A stretch of 32,000 nucleotides of DNA from Candidatus Scalindua sp. Lineage in GTDB: Bacteria > Planctomycetota > Brocadiia > Brocadiales > Scalinduaceae. The notes under the pieces are model-generated. The model made no database searches and was not told where the DNA came from. It saw only the letters and a list, made by a program, of their open reading frames with translations. The stretch spans positions 3,870,001 to 3,902,000 of the forward strand of contig JALDRA010000001.1 in NCBI GenBank assembly GCA_031316235.1, given 5' to 3'. Of this stretch, positions 1-7,780 are shown piece after piece. Both the position numbers and the translations under genes were made by a program. Each line of letters starts with the position of its first letter. The first letter of the stretch is position 1.

Positions 1-120
1 TCCTGGTTTGTAATATCTGTGTTTCCCTAAAGCGCATACTTCAAAAATCTCATTATCGCTGAGTCCTTTGAGAAGTTTGTTGTGAGAAATATCACTTTTT
101 TCATCGTTATTAGAAATCAT
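1..120 (-). CDS. 5' end of a cyclic-nucleotide-binding (Crp/Fnr-like) domain protein; the gene continues past the window start
   Basis: Absent from the ORF track because it is short and open at the edge. My minus-strand translation from the ATG at 120-118 is MISNNDEKSDISHNKLLKGLSDNEIFEVCALGKHRYYKPG. This fits the usual start of cNMP-binding domains (L..L...e...l......y.kGe). A GGAGA Shine-Dalgarno (complement of 127-131) lies 6 nt upstream. Confidence 0.45.
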   Translation of the reverse strand, partial: MISNNDEKSDISHNKLLKGLSDNEIFEVCALGKHRYYKPG

Positions 121-185
121 ATAGTTTCTCCATTTGGAACTGTTTTTAATCTCCCGAGACATATACACCAGCAAATATATCTTGA

Positions 186-298
186 TATACTCATCTCATA
201 CTGGTTTTCGGATAAAATCCGAGAAAAATTTGAGCGAGTATACCTTCACCAATATTTGGTTTCCGGTAAAACCCGAAAGCCAAATCGGTCTTAGTATA
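186..298 (+). repeat. REP-A copy 1 (standard ~113-bp modular intergenic repeat)
   Basis: Runs TATACTCATCTCATACTGG...CGGTCTTAGTATA and is alignable end to end with the seven other copies. It contains the internal hairpins TCGGAT-aaa-ATCCGA and CTGGTTTcCGGTaaaACCGaAAACCAG. Track ORFs 82..294 and 134..340 are read-through artefacts of this element. Confidence 0.9.
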
Positions 299-953
299 TA
301 CGCTATATGTGACTCTGTCACAGTTTTCGGTAATTTTTAATGCAATTCAGGTAAAAGACAGAATCAAGTTCTCTTTAACAACTATTGAATTACCTGGATA
401 TTACAATAGAATGTTGCAGATGTCATATCGCAATATAAATGCCGTTAAAGAACAATGATAACTGGTTTTACAACAATACATACTTTGCGTGAAAAAAGTG
501 CGGTTTATTGAACGTTATCTTGTACCGATAAGTATCAGCAGGTTTAGTTTTAAGTGATTTATTGAGAGTGCATGATCAGGAAATTTTTCCTCATGAGGTA
601 ATTACAATGGATTTTATTTTCTTTAATTAGCGCAAAAATGAGCGCATTGAAATTTATTACAGATAACTTGTGTTGTTATTTTGATAACTTTGTAAAATTT
701 TTAAACAACATGTGTTAAAGTCATCTTCCCCTATCAAAATATGAATGGTGCTTTACGTTATCGTGATCATCTTCAAGATTATATTGAAGATAGACATGTT
801 CTCCGTTTTAGTAAAGGTATGGGAAGGATAATGTTACATTCTCACCCGTCCGGGCAGCGTCGAACTGGTGGTATCTCATTTTCAGGCTTTTATGCCAGAT
901 CATCATTGCGTTAAAGTAGTTTTCCAGGAGGCAGTGTTTATTGTATTAAGACT

Positions 954-1120
954 CAGTAACGTCCGGTTAGGAATTTGCACGTGCGGCTTTTGTCATACCC
1001 GAGTGCTTTTATCAGGTATCCAGAGAGTCTCATTCATCCTGGATTCCCGCTAAAAACATGCGGGAATGACATCTTTTGAACAATACATTAAATACGCAAA
1101 AACCTAACCGGACACTACTG
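954..1120 (+). mobile_element. REP-B copy 1: ~167-bp MITE with terminal inverted repeats, flanked by a 9-bp direct duplication
   Basis: The left end is CAGTAACGTCCGGTTAGG and the right end is CCTAACCGGACACTACTG. The core holds the hairpins ATACCCGA..TCGGGTAT-like and ATTCCCGC-taaaaacat-GCGGGAAT. ATTAAGACT is present at both 945-953 and 1121-1129, immediately flanking the element. Confidence 0.85.
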
Positions 1121-1121
1121 A

Positions 1122-1766
1122 TTAAGACTGATCTTTGTTCCGTTCTTGCTGACATAACAGTATGAGATGACTGAGCGCTTTTCCAATATTTTTTGCGGCT
1201 TTTTCATCGATCGTAAGAAGCAGGTAACTGTCTCTTTCAGAAAATGGCATGGTTTCCTTCTCTTTTGTCTCATTCAGCATTGCGATTACCTGCTCAATAT
1301 CGTTATTGTATCTCTTCCATTTTTTTGCAGGCTTTGCACTTATCTTAATCTTGATGTGGGGCGGATAGATAGCATTGACAGCTTCATCGCCTACGGTAGG
1401 ACTTAATTTGTAAATTAAACTGATTTCTGGACTTAAATTCTCCAGTTTTATCACTTCCGTGTAATTTGTTTGCGCTGTCGCGAATGAAGGGTTGTCTCTG
1501 CTGCTTTTTGCAATTTTACTATTTTCTTTTTCAATTATCATCAAATCCTTGTTTAGTATTTTTACTTTATACTTTTCCTGTTTAGTGCCCTCCATCTCTT
1601 TGTCCAGTATCCGAGCTGAGAAATGGGTTTCCATACCTGTTTCCAGGGGTATCTTTGCTTCCAGGTAAGATATTAATTCATCCGTAGTTGGTGCTTCGTT
1701 TGCCATAACAAAAGAAGTTCTGCATGGCATGATCAGGATAAGCGATAAAAAAAAAATACTTTTCAT
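1122..1766 (-). CDS. hypothetical secreted protein (214 aa)
   Basis: Long ORF with an N-terminal signal-like segment, MKSIFFLSLILIMPCRTSFVMANE. I recognise no family. Its stop codon (complement of 1122-1124) lies inside the right-hand copy of the REP-B target duplication. Confidence 0.7.
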   Translation of the reverse strand: MKSIFFLSLILIMPCRTSFVMANEAPTTDELISYLEAKIPLETGMETHFSARILDKEMEGTKQEKYKVKILNKDLMIIEKENSKIAKSSRDNPSFATAQTNYTEVIKLENLSPEISLIYKLSPTVGDEAVNAIYPPHIKIKISAKPAKKWKRYNNDIEQVIAMLNETKEKETMPFSERDSYLLLTIDEKAAKNIGKALSHLILLCQQERNKDQS

Positions 1767-1803
1767 TTTTTTTCATATAATTAATTGATGAATTAATGCA
1801 CTA

Positions 1804-2304
1804 TCAGGTATCCCTCTGTAATTTTCTATTCTTTTCCATAACCTTTTCAGCTAGTTCATTTTTGTATGCGAGCACTTTATTTCTCGTTTCTGGGAATTTA
1901 ATACCCAGGATCTGTGCCGCCAGAATAGCTGCATTTGTAGCCCCAGCTTTACCAATGGCCATTGTGGCAACAGGTATTCCAGATGGCATTTGAGCTGTTG
2001 AAAGAAGAGAATCCATTCCTCCCAGACTATGCGTCTGCATGGGAACACCAATCACTGGAAGAGGTGTTGATGCTGCAATCACTCCTGCCAGGTGGGCGGC
2101 TCCTCCAGCTCCGGCAATTATCACTTCCAATCCTCTGCTGACTGAATTGACGGCATATTCATGTGCCAAATCTGGTGTGCGATGGGCTGAAATGATGTTT
2201 ATCTCAAACCCTATCTCAAACTTATTCAATATCTGAGCAGCCTCTTTCATCACATCTAAATCAGAATCACTACCCATTATTATTCCTACCAGTGTTTTGT
2301 TCAT
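1804..2304 (-). CDS. purE: N5-carboxyaminoimidazole ribonucleotide mutase (PurE)
   Basis: 166 aa with the PurE hallmarks GIIMGSDSDLDVM and IIAGAGGAAHLAGVIAA...PVIGVP. Confidence 0.93.
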   Translation of the reverse strand: MNKTLVGIIMGSDSDLDVMKEAAQILNKFEIGFEINIISAHRTPDLAHEYAVNSVSRGLEVIIAGAGGAAHLAGVIAASTPLPVIGVPMQTHSLGGMDSLLSTAQMPSGIPVATMAIGKAGATNAAILAAQILGIKFPETRNKVLAYKNELAEKVMEKNRKLQRDT

Positions 2305-2557
2305 TCAAGAACTCCATAAAAAAATGTTTTAATAATACTCTAGTCAATAATATATATCACTATTTTCTGCCTGGACCTTTGAGGACAGGCAAACAGAGAG
2401 TAATGAAGGCGGTAATTTCCTTAATAAAACCATGCAGATATAATTCCAAAGCATTTTCCTGAACTGCGTACAATTATGACCGTATAATACGCTTCACGCT
2501 GTACTTCCTCTGATTATCAAAAACTTCTGCCCATTTGTCAAGTTCCCATATTTCTTC

Positions 2558-2710
2558 TTATTTCTCCTGAGAAGTGTTCTGCATCCACAGAGTGATGCAC
2601 ATGAAATTCCAGCCACTATACAGGGAGAACTTAAGGGTCAGGAATATTCCGGTGGCTACCAGAAAATAACCTGCGACGGTGATTACTGCGTAGATATCAA
2701 TAAAAGTCAT
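2558..2710 (-). CDS. possible 50-aa small hydrophobic protein (weak call)
   Basis: Below the ORF-track size cut-off. My translation is MTFIDIYAVITVAGYFLVATGIFLTLKFSLYSGWNFMCITLWMQNTSQEK, which has one clear TM-like segment. There is no convincing SD, and its ATG abuts the left end of REP-B copy 2. Confidence 0.2.
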   Translation of the reverse strand: MTFIDIYAVITVAGYFLVATGIFLTLKFSLYSGWNFMCITLWMQNTSQEK

Positions 2711-2997
2711 CATTGTCCGGTTAAGTTTTTGCTTAGGCGGCTTTCGTCATACCCGAACGACTTTATCGGGTATCCAGAGACTCGTTTCATCATAGATTCC
2801 CGCTAAAAACATGCGGGAATGACAAGTTTTGGGGCAATATATACTCATCTCATACTGGATTTCGGATAAAATCCGAGATACAATTGAGCGAGTACACCTT
2901 CACCAGGATCTGGTTTTCCGGTAAAAACGAAAACCAGATCGGTTTTAGTATACTCAATCTCTTAATTTGATATACGCAAGAGAATAACCAGTTGATA
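2708..2997 (+). mobile_element. REP-B copy 2, split by a nested REP-A insertion; right arm degenerate
   Basis: 2708-2839 aligns with the REP-B left TIR plus core (CATCATTGTCCGGTTAAGTTTTTGC...ATTCCCGCTAAAAACATGCGGGAATGACA..GGGGCAATA). After the REP-A insert, 2953-2997 (..TTAATTTGATATACGCAAGAGAATAACCAG..) resembles the diverged right arm AATTAAATACGCAAAAACCTAACCGG. Confidence 0.7.
2840..2952 (+). repeat. REP-A copy 2 (nested inside REP-B copy 2)
   Basis: Full-length standard copy, TATACTCATCTCATACTGGATTTCGGATAAAATCCGAGATA...CAGATCGGTTTTAGTATA. Confidence 0.9.
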
Positions 2998-3074
2998 TTT
3001 CCGGGCGGTTATATTATGATTTTACCATATCATTCTGTTTATTTTTGCAGAATAATCTCTATCAGCTATCCTGG

Positions 3075-3186
3075 TATACTCATCTCACAATGGTTTTTGG
3101 ATACTATCCGAGATAAAATTGAGCAAGTATACCTTCACCAGGATCTGGTTTCCGGTAAAACCGAAAACCAGATCGGTTTTAGTATA
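3075..3186 (+). repeat. REP-A copy 3
   Basis: Full-length standard copy. Track ORF 2992..3201 is an artefact of reading through it. Confidence 0.9.
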
Positions 3187-3254
3187 TTACGGAAGTTATA
3201 AAAAACCGGTAATTGTAATGTGAGATTTTACGAAATATTCAATGGAGTTTTTAG

Positions 3255-4019
3255 ATGGATAGAGCCAGGGTGTCAGCATGTGTTATGACATTCAATAATG
3301 ATGAACAGATTGAAGATTGTCTTAAGAGTGTTACGTGGGCGGATGAAACGGTTGTCGTAGACTCGTTCAGTACTGATAAAACCGTTGATATCTGTCAAAA
3401 GTATACGAATCGGGTCTACCAGAGAAAATGGCCGGGATTCAAAGACCAGTCAAATTATACCATGAGTCTTGCCCGGTATGAATGGATTCTCTTTATGGAT
3501 GCTGATGAGAGGATAACACCGGATCTCTACCGTGAGATACAATCACATCTTAATGACGCTTCTTCTGGTTGGAATGGTTTTTATTTTCCCAGGAAAACAT
3601 TCTATCTTGGAAAATGGATCAATCACGGTGATTGGTACCCTGCATATGACCTCCGTTTGTACCGGAAAGATAAGGGCTGCTGGATAAGAGAACCTCATGC
3701 GAAGATTAAATTAGATGGAAAGGCTAAATATTTAAAGAACGATATGCTGCACTTCTCTTATAAGAACCTTTCTGGTCAACTCAGTACTATTGATAAATAT
3801 ACCGACATGAGTGCCAATGAGATGGAAAAGATGGGTACGGGTTTTGTTACGCTTCAACTTGTTTTCAGACCTCTCTTTCGATTCATCAAGGGGTATTTCC
3901 TTAAACGTGGTTTTATGGATGGATTACCCGGTTTTGTTGCGGCAATGACAACCTCATTCTATGTCTTTATGAAATATGCAAAATTAAGTGAACTGAGAAC
4001 AAAAAAAAGCGAGGGTTAA
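3255..4019 (+). CDS. family 2 glycosyltransferase (LPS-core type, KdtX/WaaE-like)
   Basis: 254 aa with the GT-A N-terminus SACVMTFNNDEQIEDCLKSV..VVVDSFSTDKT and a DxD motif in LFMDADERITPD. GGAG lies 7 nt upstream of the ATG. Confidence 0.85.
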   Translation: MDRARVSACVMTFNNDEQIEDCLKSVTWADETVVVDSFSTDKTVDICQKYTNRVYQRKWPGFKDQSNYTMSLARYEWILFMDADERITPDLYREIQSHLNDASSGWNGFYFPRKTFYLGKWINHGDWYPAYDLRLYRKDKGCWIREPHAKIKLDGKAKYLKNDMLHFSYKNLSGQLSTIDKYTDMSANEMEKMGTGFVTLQLVFRPLFRFIKGYFLKRGFMDGLPGFVAAMTTSFYVFMKYAKLSELRTKKSEG

Positions 4020-4066
4020 AAAAGTATTTTTTATACATTATATATTGGAAAGGAAACTGAAAAACG

Positions 4067-5689
4067 TTGAAAGTACTCATATCAGACAAATTGGCTCAGG
4101 AAGGCATTGATATACTTAATGCTGAAGATAACTTACAGGTTACCTATAAAACTGGTCTTAAACCAGAGGAATTAAAAAATGAGATCCGTGAGGCTGAAGC
4201 CTTGATCATAAGATCTGCGACTCAGGTTACAAAGGAGATTCTTGCCCACGCAACAAAACTCAAGATTATCGGAAGAGCGGGAATCGGTGTTGATAATGTT
4301 GATTGCAATGCCGCAACAGAACGCGGTATTATCATTGTTAACACACCCAGCGGTAATGCCACAACAACTGCCGAACATACCATTGCCATGCTTATGGCAT
4401 TATCCCGTCATATTCCTCAGGCCGATAAGAGTATGCACCAGGGAGACTGGGAAAAATCTAAATTTACCGGTACGGAAATTACCGATAAGGTATTGGGGAT
4501 TTTTGGATTTGGAAATATTGGAAAGATTGTTGCCGATCGTGCGAAGGGTCTCAGAATGCGTGTCCTGGTCAGTGACCCCTTTTTGAGTCCTCAGATTGCA
4601 GCAAAAAATGGTGTAGAGCTCGTTGACCTTGACCAGCTTTGTAAACGCTCAGACTATGTTTCTGTCCATGTCCCCCTGAATGATTCAACCCGTAACTTGA
4701 TTAATACAAAGGCTATTGCGTCAATGAAGAAAGGGGTTCGCATTCTCAATTGTGCACGAGGTGGTATCATAAATGAAGCCGCACTGGTTGAGGGCTTGAA
4801 TTCAGGCAAGATTGCAGGTGCAGCTATTGATGTTTTTGAAGAGGAACCGCCCAGGAAAGATAATCCCCTTTTACATCATGACCGTGTCATTTGCACGCCC
4901 CATCTGGGAGCTTCCACTAATGAAGCACAACTCAACGTTGCAATACAGGTAGCAGAGCAGATCAGGGATTTTGCCAAAACCGGAGAAATTAGAAATGGGG
5001 TGAATTTCCCTTCCGTTAGTTCTGAAGTACTCAAGGTCTTAAAGCCGTACCTGACGCTTTGCGGCAAACTGGGTACGTTTCAGGGACAGATTTATCAATC
5101 AAGCAGGGAAAAAATAAAAAAGCTGACTATCAGCTATACCGGTTCAGTAACTGATTATGATGTTGCTGTTCTGACCTCAACGATGGTACATGCATTTTTG
5201 TTTCCAATTCTCGATACAACGGTCAACTATGTGAACGCGCTCAGCCTGGCGGAATCAAAAGGGATCGAGGTTGAAGAAAAACATATTCGTCAGGCGCAGG
5301 ATTACGCTAATCAGATAACGTTTACGGTTCATGGTGAAGAAAAAACAAGTCTTATTGCAGGAACTTTATTTGGAAATGAAAATCATCGATTTACTCGGTT
5401 TAATGATTTCTATTTAGAAGTTGTGCCTGATGGATATCTTCTGGTAATCCATAACAATGATCGACCAGGTGTCGTTGGGAAAATCGGTTCTGTCCTTGGT
5501 AATCGCTCAATAAATATTTCACGTATGCATTTAACACTGGGCAATTCTCAAATACGAGGACAAAATTCATCCAATCCCAAAGAGGCCGTAATATTTATTA
5601 ATATTGACCAGCCCACCGGAACAGAGGTCATTGAAGAACTCAGGCAGTTAAATGATGTTATTTCGGTGTATCAGATTGCCCTGAATTAA
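4067..5689 (+). CDS. serA: D-3-phosphoglycerate dehydrogenase, long form with C-terminal ACT domain
   Basis: 540 aa. A TTG start gives the typical N-terminus MKVLISDKLAQEGIDIL. The NAD-binding motif GIFGFGNIGKIVA, the catalytic region CTPHLGAST, and an ACT-like C-terminus (HNNDRPGVVGKIGSVLG) are present. Confidence 0.93.
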   Translation: MKVLISDKLAQEGIDILNAEDNLQVTYKTGLKPEELKNEIREAEALIIRSATQVTKEILAHATKLKIIGRAGIGVDNVDCNAATERGIIIVNTPSGNATTTAEHTIAMLMALSRHIPQADKSMHQGDWEKSKFTGTEITDKVLGIFGFGNIGKIVADRAKGLRMRVLVSDPFLSPQIAAKNGVELVDLDQLCKRSDYVSVHVPLNDSTRNLINTKAIASMKKGVRILNCARGGIINEAALVEGLNSGKIAGAAIDVFEEEPPRKDNPLLHHDRVICTPHLGASTNEAQLNVAIQVAEQIRDFAKTGEIRNGVNFPSVSSEVLKVLKPYLTLCGKLGTFQGQIYQSSREKIKKLTISYTGSVTDYDVAVLTSTMVHAFLFPILDTTVNYVNALSLAESKGIEVEEKHIRQAQDYANQITFTVHGEEKTSLIAGTLFGNENHRFTRFNDFYLEVVPDGYLLVIHNNDRPGVVGKIGSVLGNRSINISRMHLTLGNSQIRGQNSSNPKEAVIFINIDQPTGTEVIEELRQLNDVISVYQIALN

Positions 5690-5732
5690 AAGCCATGTGC
5701 GGATCGACAGGTTTTTCTCTGTTTTTATAGAG

Positions 5733-5779
5733 ATTACCGGGTTGCGCTGTTTCAAGACTGATGCAGCGAACCCGGTAAT
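5733..5779. terminator. long stem-loop between convergent serA and sufS (possible bidirectional terminator)
   Basis: ATTACCGGGTTGCGCTG-13 nt-CAGCGAACCCGGTAAT forms a ~16-bp stem with one bulge. Neither side has a clean downstream T-run, so terminator function is only inferred. Confidence 0.4.
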
Positions 5780-5850
5780 CTGCAAGCAAGAAAAAGCACT
5801 GTAAGTTCAAACTGTTTTCAGTGATCAAACTTTTTAGGTTATCTACCCTC

Positions 5851-5933
5851 TTTTGTCATGCTCGAATGCCTTTATCGGGCATCCAGAATTGTCGTCACCG
5901 CTGGATTCCCGCTTAAAGCATGCGGGAATGGCA
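5851..5933 (+). repeat. REP-B copy 3 (core only, no recognisable TIRs)
   Basis: TTTTGTCATGCTCGAATGCCTTTATCGGGCATCCAGA...GGATTCCCGCTTAAAGCATGCGGGAATGGCA aligns with the REP-B core. Track ORF 5858..6052 reads through it. Confidence 0.75.
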
Positions 5934-5979
5934 TTTTTCTGAAAAAGGATGATGTCATTCTCCTTAAAAACAATATCCA

Positions 5980-7209
5980 TCATGTTGCAATCCCCTTTTT
6001 AATTGAATACAACCCTCGAATTAACGTATCTATCTCTTCTTCTGTATTATAGAGATAAAAACTTGCCCTCAATGAAGCACTGATTCCCAGCTTTTCATGT
6101 ATCGGTTGAGCGCAATGATAACCGGCCCTGATCGCTATCCCCTGGTAATCGAGTGCTGCAGCAATTTCATGAGGATGAAAGCCACTGATATTAAACGATA
6201 TGAGACCTCCGCGTTTATGAGGTGGCGGACCATACATGACCAATCCATCAATTCTGCGCAGTCCTTCCATCGCTGACTCAATAAGATGTCCTTCGTATGC
6301 CCTGATTTTCTCCATTCCAATGGCTTCAAGATAATCTATTGCCTCTCCCAATGCAATTCCTTCTGCTATCGCCTGTGTGCCGGCTTCAAATTTCCATGGT
6401 ATCTCATTCCACGTACTTTCTCTCAGTTTCACCTCTTGTATCATATTCCCGCCGCTGAGGAATGGTTTCATGTTTTCGAGGATTGACTCCTTTGCATACA
6501 GTACACCAGTACCGTTGGGCGCCAGCATCTTGTGTCCGGAGAACACCATGAAATCACAATCTAATTCCTGGACATCCACAGGCAGGTGGGGTATGCTTTG
6601 TGCAGCATCGACAAGTATGAGTGCATCATTTTCGTGAGCGAAATCTGCAATAGTCTTTACCGGGTTTATCGTTCCTAACATATTGGACAAATGGGTAACT
6701 GCAATCAGTTTCAGATTTCCCTTGGCCAGTCTTTTGAGCTCATGCAGATCTAACACACCTTCACCATCCACCGATACAAATTCCAAACGGGCTCCAACCT
6801 CCCTTGCAAGTAATTGCCAGGGTACCAGGTTACTGTGGTGTTCCATTTCCGTCAGAAGAATCACATCGCCATGACCGATATTTTCTCTCCCCCAACTGTA
6901 GGCAACAAGGTTTATTGCCTCTGTAGCATTTCTTACAAAGACAATCTCCTTATCGTGAGAGGCATTAATGAAGCCGGCAACTTTGTGGTGTGCATTTTCA
7001 TACTTCGCTGTCGCAATTTCACTCATCTGATATACACCGCGATGAACATTCGCATTTTGATTACGATAAAATTCTTCAACGACGGAAATAACTCTTGAAG
7101 GCTTCTGTGACGTGGCTGCACTATCAAGATAGATAAAATCCTTGCCGTGGACTTTTTGTTTCAGGATTGGAAAGTCTTCCCGGATCAAGCCGATATTAAG
7201 ATCATTCAT
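5980..7209 (-). CDS. sufS: cysteine desulfurase, SufS/CsdA-type (group II)
   Basis: 409 aa with the PLP-lysine context FSGHKMLAPNGTGVLY and the active-site Cys context RAGYHCAQP. No sufBCD genes are adjacent. Confidence 0.9.
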   Translation of the reverse strand: MNDLNIGLIREDFPILKQKVHGKDFIYLDSAATSQKPSRVISVVEEFYRNQNANVHRGVYQMSEIATAKYENAHHKVAGFINASHDKEIVFVRNATEAINLVAYSWGRENIGHGDVILLTEMEHHSNLVPWQLLAREVGARLEFVSVDGEGVLDLHELKRLAKGNLKLIAVTHLSNMLGTINPVKTIADFAHENDALILVDAAQSIPHLPVDVQELDCDFMVFSGHKMLAPNGTGVLYAKESILENMKPFLSGGNMIQEVKLRESTWNEIPWKFEAGTQAIAEGIALGEAIDYLEAIGMEKIRAYEGHLIESAMEGLRRIDGLVMYGPPPHKRGGLISFNISGFHPHEIAAALDYQGIAIRAGYHCAQPIHEKLGISASLRASFYLYNTEEEIDTLIRGLYSIKKGIAT

Positions 7210-7469
7210 TATGGTATCTTCTTAGAAAAATTGCCATGTTACCCCATATTATCACCTTTTTGATGATGTTACAAAATATAATCATTCTCTCCTGCCCGGT
7301 GTTTGAACAGAAATACTGTGGTTTAGCGAAACCAGGAGCCTGACTCTCGTTGTTCAGGACCTTTGAGTTTTCGTAAACCGGAAATCAGAGAAGCTAATAC
7401 ATTTCGTGCCTGTACCAGGTGCCTGCAGGAGCATAACAAACTCCCCGCTGTCGATATTCTGAGAGTATC

Positions 7470-7609
7470 TATACTCATCTCATACTGGATTTCGGATACA
7501 ATCCGAGATAAAACGGAGCGAGTAAAGTCCTCGGCGTTCTTTTGTCCGGGGATACCTTCACCAAGATTTAGTTTCCGGTAAAACCGAACACCAAATCGGT
7601 TTTAGTATA
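7470..7609 (+). repeat. REP-A copy 4 (long variant with an extra ~28-bp module)
   Basis: Same ends as the other copies, plus the insert AAGTCCTCGGCGTTCTTTTGTCCGGGGA after GAGCGAGTA. Copies 5 and 8 share this insert. Track ORF 7363..7581 is an artefact. Confidence 0.9.
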
Positions 7610-7780
7610 TTCACTTTTCTCAAGCGGCAGGCGGCATCTTTTTAAAGCAGGGATTTGAAAAACAGAGTCGGTATATTGTGGTATCACAGGGAGCAGTAGT
7701 GGAGATCTGGAATTGATAAGGGACGCAATAGACGGCAAAAGTACTCCCCTTTCCATGGTTTTACGATAGCTTCAGAGAGA

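Noticed and set aside
82-340. Track ORFs 82..294 and 134..340 (70 and 68 aa)
   Set aside because: Both read through REP-A copy 1. The same 'SYWFSDKIR../VSGKT..' peptides recur wherever the repeat occurs (2992..3201, 7363..7581, and the N-terminal extension of 27746..28573). They are repeat-derived artefacts, not genes.
741-914. 57-aa ORF (MNGALRYRDHLQDYIEDRHVLRFSKG...) in the 340-950 spacer
   Set aside because: It has no SD, no recognisable motif and no hydrophobic or structural signature. Support is insufficient.
868-1053. Track ORF 868..1053, and likewise 5858..6052
   Set aside because: Their C-terminal halves are translations of the REP-B core (..SGIQRVSFILDSR / ..RASRIVVTAGFPLKACGNG). 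This is typical of spurious ORFs created by the ATTCCCGC...GCGGGAAT palindrome.
2376-7367. Shared 11-mer GGACCTTTGAG at ~2376 and ~7357
   Set aside because: Many exact 11-mer matches are expected by chance in a 32-kb window when both strands are considered, and there is no extended similarity around it.
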